A DNA stretch of 64,000 nt, taken from positions 77,235 through 141,234 of the forward strand of contig JAPSGB010000012.1 in assembly GCA_035063585.1 (NCBI GenBank). The letters run 5' to 3'. The position numbers were made by a program, and so were the translations under genes. The notes under the pieces were generated by a model. The model was given only the letters and a program-made list of their open reading frames with translations. It searched no databases and had not been told where the DNA came from. The stretch comes from Polyangiaceae bacterium (GTDB lineage Bacteria; Myxococcota_A; Polyangia; Polyangiales; Polyangiaceae). Positions 11,533-20,909 of the stretch are shown one piece after another (positions within the stretch are counted from its first letter, which is position 1; every line of letters starts with the position of its first letter).

Positions 11533-13638
11533 TCAGTTCACGACGACCTTGCGCAGGTACCAGCCGGGCGCGCCGATCCAGTTGAAGTTCGAGCCGGTGG
11601 CCCAGAAGCGGAAGCGCGCCTTCGCCGTCCGGCACGCAGCGGGCAAGGTGAGCGTCTGCGCGGTCCAGTCGAAGCTCCGGTTCTTGGTCGAGTTGCCGTC
11701 GCAGTAGCTCGTGAGGCACTCGCTCTGGTTCGCGGGCCACGGGTTCGGGGTGAGCGTCGTCCAGGTCGAGCCCGAGTCGCCCGAGCACTGCGCGTAGAGC
11801 CGCTCGGACTTGTCGACGTCGGTGAGCATGGCGCTGAGATCGGTGAATTTCAGCTCGAACGACCAGCTCGCGCTCGCGCAGCTCGCGAGGTTGACGTCGT
11901 TCTCATAGGTCAAGGGGATGCTGTAGGACTTCGTCAGGAGCGAGCTGTGCAGGCCGCCGGTCATCTGCCCGGCGCCGCGGGTCCAGAACGGTCCGTTCGA
12001 CTTCCACCCGTCATCGCTGCTCTCCCAGGTCCCGAGGGGCAGCGCGCGCGGGCACTTGACGCCGGCGCAGTCGGAAGGGCAGACGAGCCCGTTCTCGCCG
12101 CAATTGCACACGCCGTCCCCGCAGCGCGCGCTCGCGCAGGGATCCGGTATGCACTGGCCGTTCTCGCACTGGTACGCGCAGCTCGAGTCGGTCCATGAGA
12201 ACTCGCAGGCTCCATCGACGCAGGTGCCGGGGCTCTCGTAGACGCGGCGAGTGGTGCGGGTCGCGCAGATCGGCGCCGGCGTCAGACTGCAGGTGAGCCC
12301 CTCGCACGGGTCGGGCTTGCAGGCGGCGTTCTCGCAGCCAAACTCGCAGGTCGTGTCGTGGTAGCCGTACGAGCAGTCCCCGTTCGCGCAGGTCCCGCTC
12401 GCGTCGTAGCTCCGCAGCACGCCCCCCACGCATTTCGCCGCGGGCGGGGCGCTGCAGGTGACGCCGGCGCAGGGATCGCCGTCGCAGGTTCCGCCCGCGC
12501 AGCCGAAGGGACAGGTCGTGACGATGGGGTCGTAGGTGCAGCCGCCGCCGGCGCAGGTGCCGGGATTGCGATAGGAGCGGCGGGTGTTCGCGTCGTCGCA
12601 GGTCGCGGGCGGCGGCGCCTCGCAGGCGATCTCGGCGCACGGATCGGGCTTGCAGCGCCCCGCCTCGCACCCGAACGGACAGGTGGTCAGGGTGGGGGAG
12701 TAGGTGCACGAGCCGTCGCTGCACGCGCCCGAGCCAAAGGCGACCTGGGTGTAGGCGTCCTTGCAGTTCGACGCCGGCGGCGAGCTGCAGGTGACCGTCT
12801 CGCACGGATCGGGCTTGCAGGCGCCCTTCTCGCAGCCGAAGACGCAGCTCATCGTCGATGAGTCGAAGCTGCAGTCGCCGCCCTGGCAGGTGCCCGTGCT
12901 CGCGTACCTGCGGAGCGTGGTCCCGTCGAGGCAGACGGCGCTCGGGGCGACGTCGCAGACGACGCCCGCGCACGGATCCCCCTTGCAGGCCCCATTCGCG
13001 CAGCCGTCCTGACAGGTCGAGTCGAGCTTCGAGTACGTGCAGTCGCCGCGCTCGCAGGTCCCCGGGCTCACGTACGAGCGGCGGCGCGTCCCGTCCAAGC
13101 AGACCGCCGCGGGCGGCGACTCGCAGGCTACGCCGATGCAAGGATCGGGCTTGCACGCCCCGTCCTCGCAGCCGAACCCGCACGGGGTGTCCACCGGCGC
13201 ATACGCGCAGTCACCGCCCGAGCAGCTCCCGCGGCTCTCGAACGAGCGGAGCGTACTCTCGTCGGCGCAGGTGGCGCCGGGCGGGGTGTCACAGGTCACC
13301 CCGACGCAGGTATCCCCCGCGCATTGCCCGTCCTCGCAGCCGGAGGCGCAGCGCGCGTCGGCGGACGGGTAGACGCAGACGCCGTTCTCGCAGGTCCCGC
13401 CGGCGGAGAACACGCGCCGCGTCTCGGGATCGGCGCAGATCGGCGCGGGCGGCGTGTCGCACACGACGCCCTGGCACGAGCCGCCGTGCGCGCCGCCCCC
13501 ACCGCCGGTCGAGGCGTCCGCGCCGCCGTCGTCTCCGGCGAAGGTGTCATCGGGGACGAAGCTGCGGTCCTCGGTGCCACAGCCGCCCGAGCCGAGCGTG
13601 ACGAGCAAGCCGCCGATGACGGCCCAAGAGAACTTCAT
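11533..13638 (-). CDS. Cys-rich repeat lipoprotein B (8 repeats), paralog of 7795..10347
   Basis: MKFSWAVIGGLLVTLGSGGC followed by the same GTEDRSFVPDD, the same repeat unit and the same C-terminal domain (DVDKSERLY.QCSGD...LPAACRT..ARFRF). Confidence 0.9.
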   Translation of the reverse strand: MKFSWAVIGGLLVTLGSGGCGTEDRSFVPDDTFAGDDGGADASTGGGGGAHGGSCQGVVCDTPPAPICADPETRRVFSAGGTCENGVCVYPSADARCASGCEDGQCAGDTCVGVTCDTPPGATCADESTLRSFESRGSCSGGDCAYAPVDTPCGFGCEDGACKPDPCIGVACESPPAAVCLDGTRRRSYVSPGTCERGDCTYSKLDSTCQDGCANGACKGDPCAGVVCDVAPSAVCLDGTTLRRYASTGTCQGGDCSFDSSTMSCVFGCEKGACKPDPCETVTCSSPPASNCKDAYTQVAFGSGACSDGSCTYSPTLTTCPFGCEAGRCKPDPCAEIACEAPPPATCDDANTRRSYRNPGTCAGGGCTYDPIVTTCPFGCAGGTCDGDPCAGVTCSAPPAAKCVGGVLRSYDASGTCANGDCSYGYHDTTCEFGCENAACKPDPCEGLTCSLTPAPICATRTTRRVYESPGTCVDGACEFSWTDSSCAYQCENGQCIPDPCASARCGDGVCNCGENGLVCPSDCAGVKCPRALPLGTWESSDDGWKSNGPFWTRGAGQMTGGLHSSLLTKSYSIPLTYENDVNLASCASASWSFELKFTDLSAMLTDVDKSERLYAQCSGDSGSTWTTLTPNPWPANQSECLTSYCDGNSTKNRSFDWTAQTLTLPAACRTAKARFRFWATGSNFNWIGAPGWYLRKVVVN

Positions 13639-13777
13639 CGAGCCCGAGTGTACCCGAAATGCGCGAGCCCGCTCCGAGATCTCCGAGGGGTCCTCGGTGG
13701 ACATGTGCGCGAGTGTCCTACGTCCACGACAGGGAAGACGTGTCTCGCCGGCGACTGCCGGCGACTGCCGGCGCGCC

Positions 13778-14803
13778 TCACGGCTTCATCGGGTGCGCGA
13801 TGAAGAACGCCATCACCGCTTCGCCCCAGACGAACGCGTTCGGCGGCTCGCACTTGAATGAACATGCCTGGCCCTTGCGGCCGCCCGGATCGTCGCTTCC
13901 CGGGAAGCAGTGGCCGTCGATGGTGACCAGGCACGGGCCCGCGCTGTAGTCGTGCTCGAGGAATTCGAAGGCCGTGCCCTTCGCGCTCGTGTAGCGCGTG
14001 CGCGTGAAGCTCGCGTCGCCGGCGAGCTTGGTCCCCGCGTCCATCTGCCAGGCCGCGATGACCGCGTCGCGCTGGGGGATGGCGGCCCCCGTGAAGCTCA
14101 CGAGCGCGTCCTTCGTGCCGTGGAGCTGCAGGATGTCGAGCTCGCGCGAGGGCGTGTCGGTGCCCGTGAAGGCGCAGCCGCTGCCGGCGGCAGGCGCGGC
14201 CGAGGCGAGCACGTCGGCGTGCTCGCAGATGAAGCGCCACGTCATCATGCCGCCCTGCGAGAAGCCGGTGAAATGCGTGCGCTTCGGATCGGTGTGCCAG
14301 ACGCGCCGCGCGAGCTCGAGGAACGCGAACACCTTGTCATCGTCGGCGCCGGGCGTCCACGAGGAGAGCGGCGGCGTGCCGGGCGCGTTCGGCTGGACGA
14401 CCACGTATCCGTGCACGCGGCCGAGCGCCGCGAGATGCGTGTTCGCCTCCTCCATCGCGGAGTCCATGCTGAAGCCGTGCACGTCGAAGATGAGCCCGCA
14501 TGGCGCGGTGACGCAGGCGTCCGGCACCGAGACGTCGTAGTCGATGCCGTCACAGGCGTAGCGGTGCGTGCCGGCGCTCGCGTCCTCCACGCAGCCCTCC
14601 GGGGAGGGCGCGAACGCGCCGGCCTCGCCCGCGCCGCCGGCCGCGCCGCCCCGGCCAGAAGCACCCGCCGCGCCGGTGAGGCCCGCGGAGCCTGCCGCGC
14701 CTGCGGCGCCGGCGCTCCCCCGCGCGTCATCGCTCGCGTCCTCACCGCACGCGAGCACGCCGAGCGAGAGCGCGAAGAGCGTAGTCGGGACCGAGGCCTT
14801 CAT
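13778..14803 (-). CDS. lipoprotein alpha/beta-hydrolase (PHB-depolymerase/LpqC-like esterase)
   Basis: Lipobox VLAC, Gly/Ala linker, DVHG, GFSQGG nucleophile elbow, HGTKD, GHCFP. Confidence 0.8.
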   Translation of the reverse strand: MKASVPTTLFALSLGVLACGEDASDDARGSAGAAGAAGSAGLTGAAGASGRGGAAGGAGEAGAFAPSPEGCVEDASAGTHRYACDGIDYDVSVPDACVTAPCGLIFDVHGFSMDSAMEEANTHLAALGRVHGYVVVQPNAPGTPPLSSWTPGADDDKVFAFLELARRVWHTDPKRTHFTGFSQGGMMTWRFICEHADVLASAAPAAGSGCAFTGTDTPSRELDILQLHGTKDALVSFTGAAIPQRDAVIAAWQMDAGTKLAGDASFTRTRYTSAKGTAFEFLEHDYSAGPCLVTIDGHCFPGSDDPGGRKGQACSFKCEPPNAFVWGEAVMAFFIAHPMKP

Positions 14804-14850
14804 GCCCCGAGCATACTCCGGGAGCGCTCGCGCCGTCCGGCTCGCGCCAC

Positions 14851-16032
14851 TCAGCCGCGGGTGAGGGTGATGAGCGTGATCTCGGGCGGCGCGCCGAGGC
14901 GCATGGGCGGGCCCCAGTAGCCGGTGCCGTTCGAGACCCACACCTGGGTGTCACCGAAGCGCCCGAGCCCCGACACGATGGGCTGCTGGAGATAGACCAG
15001 GTAGCGCCACGGCCAGAGCTGGCCGCCGTGGGTGTGCCCCGAGAGCTGCAGGCCGACGCCGTGCTTCAGCGCCTCGAGGACCGTGCGCGGCTGGTGCGCG
15101 AGGAGCACGCACTCGCGCGCGGGGTCACGCCCGGCGAGCGCGCCGGGGACGTCCTCTGCGCCGACGCGCCCGCCGTGCCGCGGGCTCGGCCTGCCCTGGT
15201 GGTCGTCGACGCCCGCGAGATCGAAGCTCTCCGCGCCGTTGCTGATGCTGACGCGACGGTTTCGGAGCACCTGGAGGCCGATGCGCTCGAGCTCGTCGCA
15301 CCACGCGTCGGCGTCGTAGAAGTACTCGTGGTTGCCGGTGACGAAGAAGACGCCGTGACGGGCGCGGAGCGCGGTGAGGGGGGCGAGCTGGTCGCGGAGC
15401 GCCTCGACCGTGCCGTCCACCAGATCGCCGGTGATGGCGACGAGGTCGGGGGCGAGCTGGTTGGTCTGGTGGACGATACCCGCGAGAAAATCCCTGCCGA
15501 TGGTCGGGCCGACGTGGATGTCGGTGAGGTGCGCGATGGTGATGCCGTCGAGCGCCCCGGGCAGGCGCGCGAGCTTGACCGTGAGCCGGCGAATCATCAC
15601 TGCGCCGAGGCCGGTGGCGAGCGCGCGCGCGGTCGCGCCGCCCGTGACGAGCGCGGCGGCGGCGCCTACCACGCGCGAGAGGGCGAGCCGGCGCGAAGGG
15701 TCGGGGGGCCGACCCAGCGCGCCGGCGAACCGCGCGACGATCTTCACCAGATCGCCCGCGGCGAGGGTGACGAGCAAGAAGAACACCACGCCCATCCAGG
15801 CGAAGAGCGCGAGGAAGAGCCAGCGCGCGTGACCCGGGTGGATCCGGCGGGCCAGGATGAGCGTCGCCGGGACGCTCGCGAAGAGGACCGCGACCAGCAG
15901 GGTGCCAGCCTTCCGGCCCCAGGGAGAGAGGCCGACGTCGCGGACCAGGCGCGCCCACAGGTAGTAGTGCACCGAGCCCACGATCGCCAGACCGACCGCG
16001 AAGAAGAGCAGCATCGAGGCGGAGCGGTTCAT
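14851..16032 (-). CDS. membrane-anchored metallophosphoesterase (YkuE/YaeI-like)
   Basis: N-terminal TM helices; DIH, GDLVD, GNHE, HQP, GHTHGGQ motifs. Confidence 0.92.
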   Translation of the reverse strand: MNRSASMLLFFAVGLAIVGSVHYYLWARLVRDVGLSPWGRKAGTLLVAVLFASVPATLILARRIHPGHARWLFLALFAWMGVVFFLLVTLAAGDLVKIVARFAGALGRPPDPSRRLALSRVVGAAAALVTGGATARALATGLGAVMIRRLTVKLARLPGALDGITIAHLTDIHVGPTIGRDFLAGIVHQTNQLAPDLVAITGDLVDGTVEALRDQLAPLTALRARHGVFFVTGNHEYFYDADAWCDELERIGLQVLRNRRVSISNGAESFDLAGVDDHQGRPSPRHGGRVGAEDVPGALAGRDPARECVLLAHQPRTVLEALKHGVGLQLSGHTHGGQLWPWRYLVYLQQPIVSGLGRFGDTQVWVSNGTGYWGPPMRLGAPPEITLITLTRG

Positions 16033-16151
16033 GGCCGGAGCCCGGTTTCTTGAGCCACGCCGCGCGCGCCGCAAGCCGCGCGGTGTTCCGCGGCGCAGCG
16101 CGTCACCGGGAGGAGCTTGAAAGCGCCTTCGTCGCGTCCTACGACGGGCGC

Positions 16152-18866
16152 ATGAACCGCATGGAACACGAGCCGCCGGCTCCGCAGCAGCTCTCCGGCT
16201 ACCGTCACGACGAGTCGGACAAGGATCCGACCGAGACTCGCGAGTGGATCGAGTCGATCGAGCAGGTGATCGCGGCTTCCGGGCGCGACCGCGCGCGCTA
16301 CCTCCTCCGGCGCGTGCTCTCGAACGCGGGGCGCAACGGGGTCATGCCGGTGGGCCCGCTCGTCACCGACTACGTGAACACCATCCCGCGCGAGGAGGAG
16401 CCGCCGTTCCCCGGTGACGAGGCGATGGAGAAGCGCATCCGGCGTATCATTCGTTGGAACGCGGTGGCGATGGTCCAGCGCGCGAACAAGCGCTTCCCCG
16501 GGATCGGCGGACATCTCTCGTCGTACGCGTCGATCGCGAGCCTCTACGAGGTGGGGCTGAACCACTTCTTCCGCGGCAAGAACGCGCCAGGGGGCGGCGA
16601 TCACGTGTTCTTCCAGGGACACTCGGCGCCGGGCATGTACGCGCGCGCGTTCCTCGAGGGCAGGATCTCGGTCGACACCCTCGATCACTTTCGGCGCGAG
16701 ACCGAGCGCGGGCGCGGGCTGCCGAGCTATCCGCACCCGCGGCTGGTCGACAATTTCTGGGAGTATCCGACCGTGAGCATGGGGCTCGGCCCGCTCATGA
16801 GCATTTATCAGGCGCGCTTCAACCGTTACCTCGCGGCGCGCGGCCTCTCGGACACCTCCCAATCGCGCGTGTGGTGCTTCATGGGTGACGGCGAATCGGA
16901 CGAGCCCGAGTCGCTCGGCGCGCTCGGCGTCGCGTCCCGTGAGGGGCTCGACAACCTCACCTTCGTCGTGAACTGTAACCTCCAGCGCCTCGATGGGCCG
17001 GTGCGCGGCAACGGCAAGATCATCCAGGAGCTCGAGGGGATCTTCCGCGGCGCGGGGTGGAACGTCATCAAGGTCATCTGGGGGCCCGAGTGGGATGACC
17101 TGCTCGCGCGGGACGTCGACGGCGTGCTCCGCCGCCGCATGAACGAGGTCGTCGACGGTCAGTGGCAGAAGTACACGACCGAGCCGGGGAGCTACACGCG
17201 CCAGCACTTCTTCGGCACCGACCCGCGGCTGCTCGCCATGGTCGAGCATCTCTCGGACGAGCAGATCGAGCGGCTCCGTCGCGGCGGGCACAGCCTGCGA
17301 AAGATCTACGCGGCCTACAGCCAGGCGATCGCGACCAAGGGTCGCCCCACCGCGATCCTCGCCCACTCGGTGAAGGGTTGGACGCTCGGGCGTCACATCG
17401 CCGGGGCGAACGTCACGCACCAGAAGAAGAAGCTCGATCACGACGAGCTCCGCGCCTTCCGCGACACGCTCGAGCTCCCCGTCCCCGACGACAAGCTCGA
17501 GGAGGCGCCCTTCTACCACCCGGGGAAGGACAGCCCGGAGGTTGCCTACCTCCTCGAACGCCGGCACGCGCTCGGCGGCGTGATCCCGACCCGGCGCACA
17601 CAGGTGAGCGTCCCGCTCGAGGCCCCGGTAGCGTCCCTCTACGAGGAGTTCTACGAGGGCATGAAGAAGGGTGAGGCGTCGACCACCATGGTCTTCGCGC
17701 GGCTGCTCTCGAAGCTCATTCGCGATCCGACCATTGGCCCGCGCGTGGTGCCCATCATCCCGGACGAGGCGCGCACCTTCGGTCTCGACGCGCTCTTCTC
17801 GCAGGTCGGCATCTACTCGTCGCACGGACAGCTCTACGAGCCGGTCGACAAGGGCAAGCTCCTCTACTACCGCGAGACGAAGGACGGGCAGGTGCTCGAG
17901 GAGGGCATCACGGAGGCCGGCGCGATGGCGAGCTTCATCGCGGCAGCGACCGCCTACTCGAACCGCGACCTCCAGATGGTGCCGTTCTTCATCTACTATT
18001 CGATGTTCGGCTTCCATCGCGCCGGGGATCTCATGTGGGCCGCCGGTGACATCAAGGCGCGTGGCTTCTTGCTCGGCGGCACCGCCGGCCGCACGACCTT
18101 GAACGGAGAGGGACTCCAGCACCAGGACGGCCACAGCCCGCTCGTGATGGACGTCATCCCGAACATGGTCGTCTACGACGTCGCGTTCGCCTACGAGCTC
18201 GCGGTCATCATCGAGGAGGGGCTCCGCCGGATGCTCAGGAACGGCGAGGACGTCCTCTATTACATCACGCTCCAGAACGAGAATTACCCCATGCCCGCCA
18301 TGCCCGGAGACGTGAAGGAGTCGATCCTGCGGGGCATCTACCGCTACTCGGCGGCGGCCGAGCGCCGCGCGCTCCACGTGCAGCTCTTCGGCAGCGGCTC
18401 GATCCTGCTCGAGGCGCTCCGCGCCCGCGACATCCTGACGGAGCGCTTCGGCGTGAGCGCGGACGTCTGGAGCGTGACCAGCTACGGCGAGCTCCGTCGG
18501 GACGCGCTCGAGTGCGAGCGGCAGAACCGCCTGAACCCCGCGAGCGCGCCGCGAGTGCCGCACCTCGCGCAGGCGCTCGACGGCGTACCCGGGCCGTTCG
18601 TCGCGGTGAGCGACTACCTGAAGCTCCAGGCCGAGCAGGTCGCGCGCTGGGTGCCCGGGCGGCTGGTGCCGCTCGGCACCGACGGCTTCGGGATGAGCGA
18701 CACCCGCCAGGCGCTCCGACGGCACTTCGAGATCGACGCCGAGAACATCGCGCTCGCGGCGCTCGACGCGCTCCGTCAGGATGGCAAAGTCGAGGCGTCG
18801 CTGGTCGCGCGTGCGGTCGAGGAGCTCGGCGTCTTGCCCGAGAAGATCTCGCCGATGTCGGTCTAG
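16152..18866 (+). CDS. aceE: pyruvate dehydrogenase E1, homodimeric type
   Basis: ETREWIES, IRWNA, GGHLSSYAS, SYPHP, TVSMGLG, GDGESDEPES, NCNLQRLDGPVRGN, DEARTFG, GEGLQHQDGHS. Confidence 0.95.
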   Translation: MNRMEHEPPAPQQLSGYRHDESDKDPTETREWIESIEQVIAASGRDRARYLLRRVLSNAGRNGVMPVGPLVTDYVNTIPREEEPPFPGDEAMEKRIRRIIRWNAVAMVQRANKRFPGIGGHLSSYASIASLYEVGLNHFFRGKNAPGGGDHVFFQGHSAPGMYARAFLEGRISVDTLDHFRRETERGRGLPSYPHPRLVDNFWEYPTVSMGLGPLMSIYQARFNRYLAARGLSDTSQSRVWCFMGDGESDEPESLGALGVASREGLDNLTFVVNCNLQRLDGPVRGNGKIIQELEGIFRGAGWNVIKVIWGPEWDDLLARDVDGVLRRRMNEVVDGQWQKYTTEPGSYTRQHFFGTDPRLLAMVEHLSDEQIERLRRGGHSLRKIYAAYSQAIATKGRPTAILAHSVKGWTLGRHIAGANVTHQKKKLDHDELRAFRDTLELPVPDDKLEEAPFYHPGKDSPEVAYLLERRHALGGVIPTRRTQVSVPLEAPVASLYEEFYEGMKKGEASTTMVFARLLSKLIRDPTIGPRVVPIIPDEARTFGLDALFSQVGIYSSHGQLYEPVDKGKLLYYRETKDGQVLEEGITEAGAMASFIAAATAYSNRDLQMVPFFIYYSMFGFHRAGDLMWAAGDIKARGFLLGGTAGRTTLNGEGLQHQDGHSPLVMDVIPNMVVYDVAFAYELAVIIEEGLRRMLRNGEDVLYYITLQNENYPMPAMPGDVKESILRGIYRYSAAAERRALHVQLFGSGSILLEALRARDILTERFGVSADVWSVTSYGELRRDALECERQNRLNPASAPRVPHLAQALDGVPGPFVAVSDYLKLQAEQVARWVPGRLVPLGTDGFGMSDTRQALRRHFEIDAENIALAALDALRQDGKVEASLVARAVEELGVLPEKISPMSV

Positions 18867-19927
18867 CCGAGAGCGCGCGCCAGCTTGCGGTGCGCGGCCG
18901 GCATGGCGAGCTCGCCGAGCTCGCCGCGTGCGCTCCACCTCGCGCCCTCGATTCGAAGCCGCTCCGAGGGCGTGGCGCGATAGGCGTCGAGCGTGACGAG
19001 GTAGCGGGTCACGCGATGACGAACGCGAAGCATGAGCTCGGCGCGCTCCACGCGCGCGCCGAGCAGGCGACCGAGCGCTCGCTCCGGGGGCTCGCCGGGG
19101 TCGAGCGCGCGGTTCGGGAATTGCCAGAGCCCCGCCCAGCGCGGCGCCTCCGGCGGCACCTGACGCACCAGTACGCGCCCGCGCCGCTCGACGATCGCCG
19201 CGACCATCGTGAGCGGCTCGGGAGGCGCGCGCTTCGGGAGCTCGGGCAGCTCGCGCTCGACGCCTCGTGCGCGACCGAGGCACAGCTTGGCGAGCGGACA
19301 CGCCTCGCAGCGCGGCGCGCGCGGGACGCACACGGTCGCCCCGAGCTCCATGAGCGCCTGGTTGAAGTCGCCGGGGCGCTCCGCAGGGACGAGCGCGGCG
19401 GCGCGTGCGGCGAGCTCTCTCGCGAGCGGCGCGCGCTTCGGATCACCCGGGAGCGCGTAGAGGCGGGTGAGCACGCGCACCACGTTACCGTCGATCAGGG
19501 GCACGCGGCGCTCGTAGGCGATGCTCGCGATGGCGCCCGCCGAGTACGGTCCGATGCCGGGCAGCCGCGTGAGCTCGCGGACCTCGCTCGGCACCCGCCC
19601 GGCGTGTCGCTCGACCACGGCGCGCGCCCCAGCGAGGAGGTTTCGTGCGCGCGAGTAGTAGCCGAGCCCCTGCCAGACGTGGAGCACCTCGTGCTCGCTC
19701 GCGCGCGCGAGCGCCTCGAGATCGGGAAATCGCTCCATGAAGCGCAGGTAGTACGGCGTGACGGTGGTGACCTGGGTCTGCTGGAGCATCACCTCGCTCA
19801 CCCAGACGGCGTAGGGGTCACGCGTCGCCCTCCAGGGCAGCTCCCGACGGTTCGCGTCGAACCATACGAGCAGCCGCCGCGCGAGCTCTGTCGGGCGCGG
19901 GCCGGACCGGCGCTCGCTCGCCTTCAT
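18863..19927 (-). CDS. mutY: A/G-specific adenine glycosylase
   Basis: RELPWR, VWVSEVMLQQTQV, WQGLGYYSRARNL, LPGIGPY (HhH), DGNV, C-x6-C-x2-C-x5-C; ATGA overlap with the upstream gene. Confidence 0.95.
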   Translation of the reverse strand: MKASERRSGPRPTELARRLLVWFDANRRELPWRATRDPYAVWVSEVMLQQTQVTTVTPYYLRFMERFPDLEALARASEHEVLHVWQGLGYYSRARNLLAGARAVVERHAGRVPSEVRELTRLPGIGPYSAGAIASIAYERRVPLIDGNVVRVLTRLYALPGDPKRAPLARELAARAAALVPAERPGDFNQALMELGATVCVPRAPRCEACPLAKLCLGRARGVERELPELPKRAPPEPLTMVAAIVERRGRVLVRQVPPEAPRWAGLWQFPNRALDPGEPPERALGRLLGARVERAELMLRVRHRVTRYLVTLDAYRATPSERLRIEGARWSARGELGELAMPAAHRKLARALG

Positions 19928-20739
19928 CGGAAGCGGTCGAGCTCCACCGGATCGTGCGCGGAGAAGACCTGCACCTCGCCCGCGTTCTCGACGGCGAGCT
20001 GGCGGATGCGCTCCAGGTTCTCGAGGCGCGCGGCCGCGTCCTCCGCGGTGACGTGCCCGAAGAGTCGGAGCAGTGGCGGACAGCGGCGCCGATCGGGATC
20101 GAGCTCGCTCCGGTGATAGTAGGCGTCGCCTGCGTGCAGGAGCCAGCCGCGCTCGCCCCGCACCGCGACGCCCGAGTGGCCGCGCGAGTGACCGGCGAGC
20201 GGCACCATCAGCACCTCGGGCGGTAGCCCCTCGAGCGCGCGCACACAGTCGAAGCCGAACCACGCCTCGCCTTCGGGTCGATAGAGCGACCAGCGCGGGC
20301 CGTGCGCCCACTGCGCGGGGCGATAGCGGCTGCGATCGCGGAACCTTCGCGCCATCGCCGCCGCGTGCTCGTCAGCGAGCAGGTGCACGGTCGCGTCGGG
20401 GAAATCACTGAGCCCGCCGGCGTGGTCGAGATCGAGGTGGGTGATGAGGAGGTGGCGGACGTCGCGCGCGTGAAAGCCGAGCGCTTCCACTTGGCGAACC
20501 GCGGTCTGCGCCGGATCGAGCACGGGCCGGATGAGCGAGGCCGTCACGCCGAGCCGGCGGGCGGGCGTGGCGCAGTCCTCGAGGCCGAGCCCGGTGTCGA
20601 CCAGCGCGAGCCCGTCGGGGAGCTCGAGGAGCAGGCAGTGGCAGACCAGCTTCGCGGGCGACGAACCGCTCCCGCCACCGCTCACCAGCCGCCCGCCCGG
20701 CGGGCACAAGGTCGCGCAGTCGAGGTGGTGGACGCGCAT
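19924..20739 (-). CDS. MBL-fold metallo-hydrolase
   Basis: LVDTG, THLDLDHAGG, GHSRGH, HAGDA, SAHD. Confidence 0.92.
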   Translation of the reverse strand: MRVHHLDCATLCPPGGRLVSGGGSGSSPAKLVCHCLLLELPDGLALVDTGLGLEDCATPARRLGVTASLIRPVLDPAQTAVRQVEALGFHARDVRHLLITHLDLDHAGGLSDFPDATVHLLADEHAAAMARRFRDRSRYRPAQWAHGPRWSLYRPEGEAWFGFDCVRALEGLPPEVLMVPLAGHSRGHSGVAVRGERGWLLHAGDAYYHRSELDPDRRRCPPLLRLFGHVTAEDAAARLENLERIRQLAVENAGEVQVFSAHDPVELDRFR

Positions 20740-20909
20740 GCCGCGGAGCCTAGACGAGACCCGGCCGGTCGAGGAGGCGAAACGCGCTCGAGCACGAGTG
20801 AGGGGGGCCGGTCCGGCGCGGCCGGCGGCCGGGCTCGGCCGGACGCCGGGCTCGCGCTCGCCGGTTCGCGCGGGCGGGGGTAGAGCTGTGCCCGAGAGAG
20901 GAGGCGCCC

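Noticed and set aside
7795..13638. TraA/TraB kin-recognition locus
   Set aside because: No MYXO-CTERM tail, variable domain is C-terminal, and no adjacent TraB-like beta-barrel/OmpA gene.
13747..13773. 10-bp tandem GCCGGCGACT x2.7 upstream of Cys protein B
   Set aside because: Short and GC-rich, with no counterpart upstream of the paralog; may be chance.
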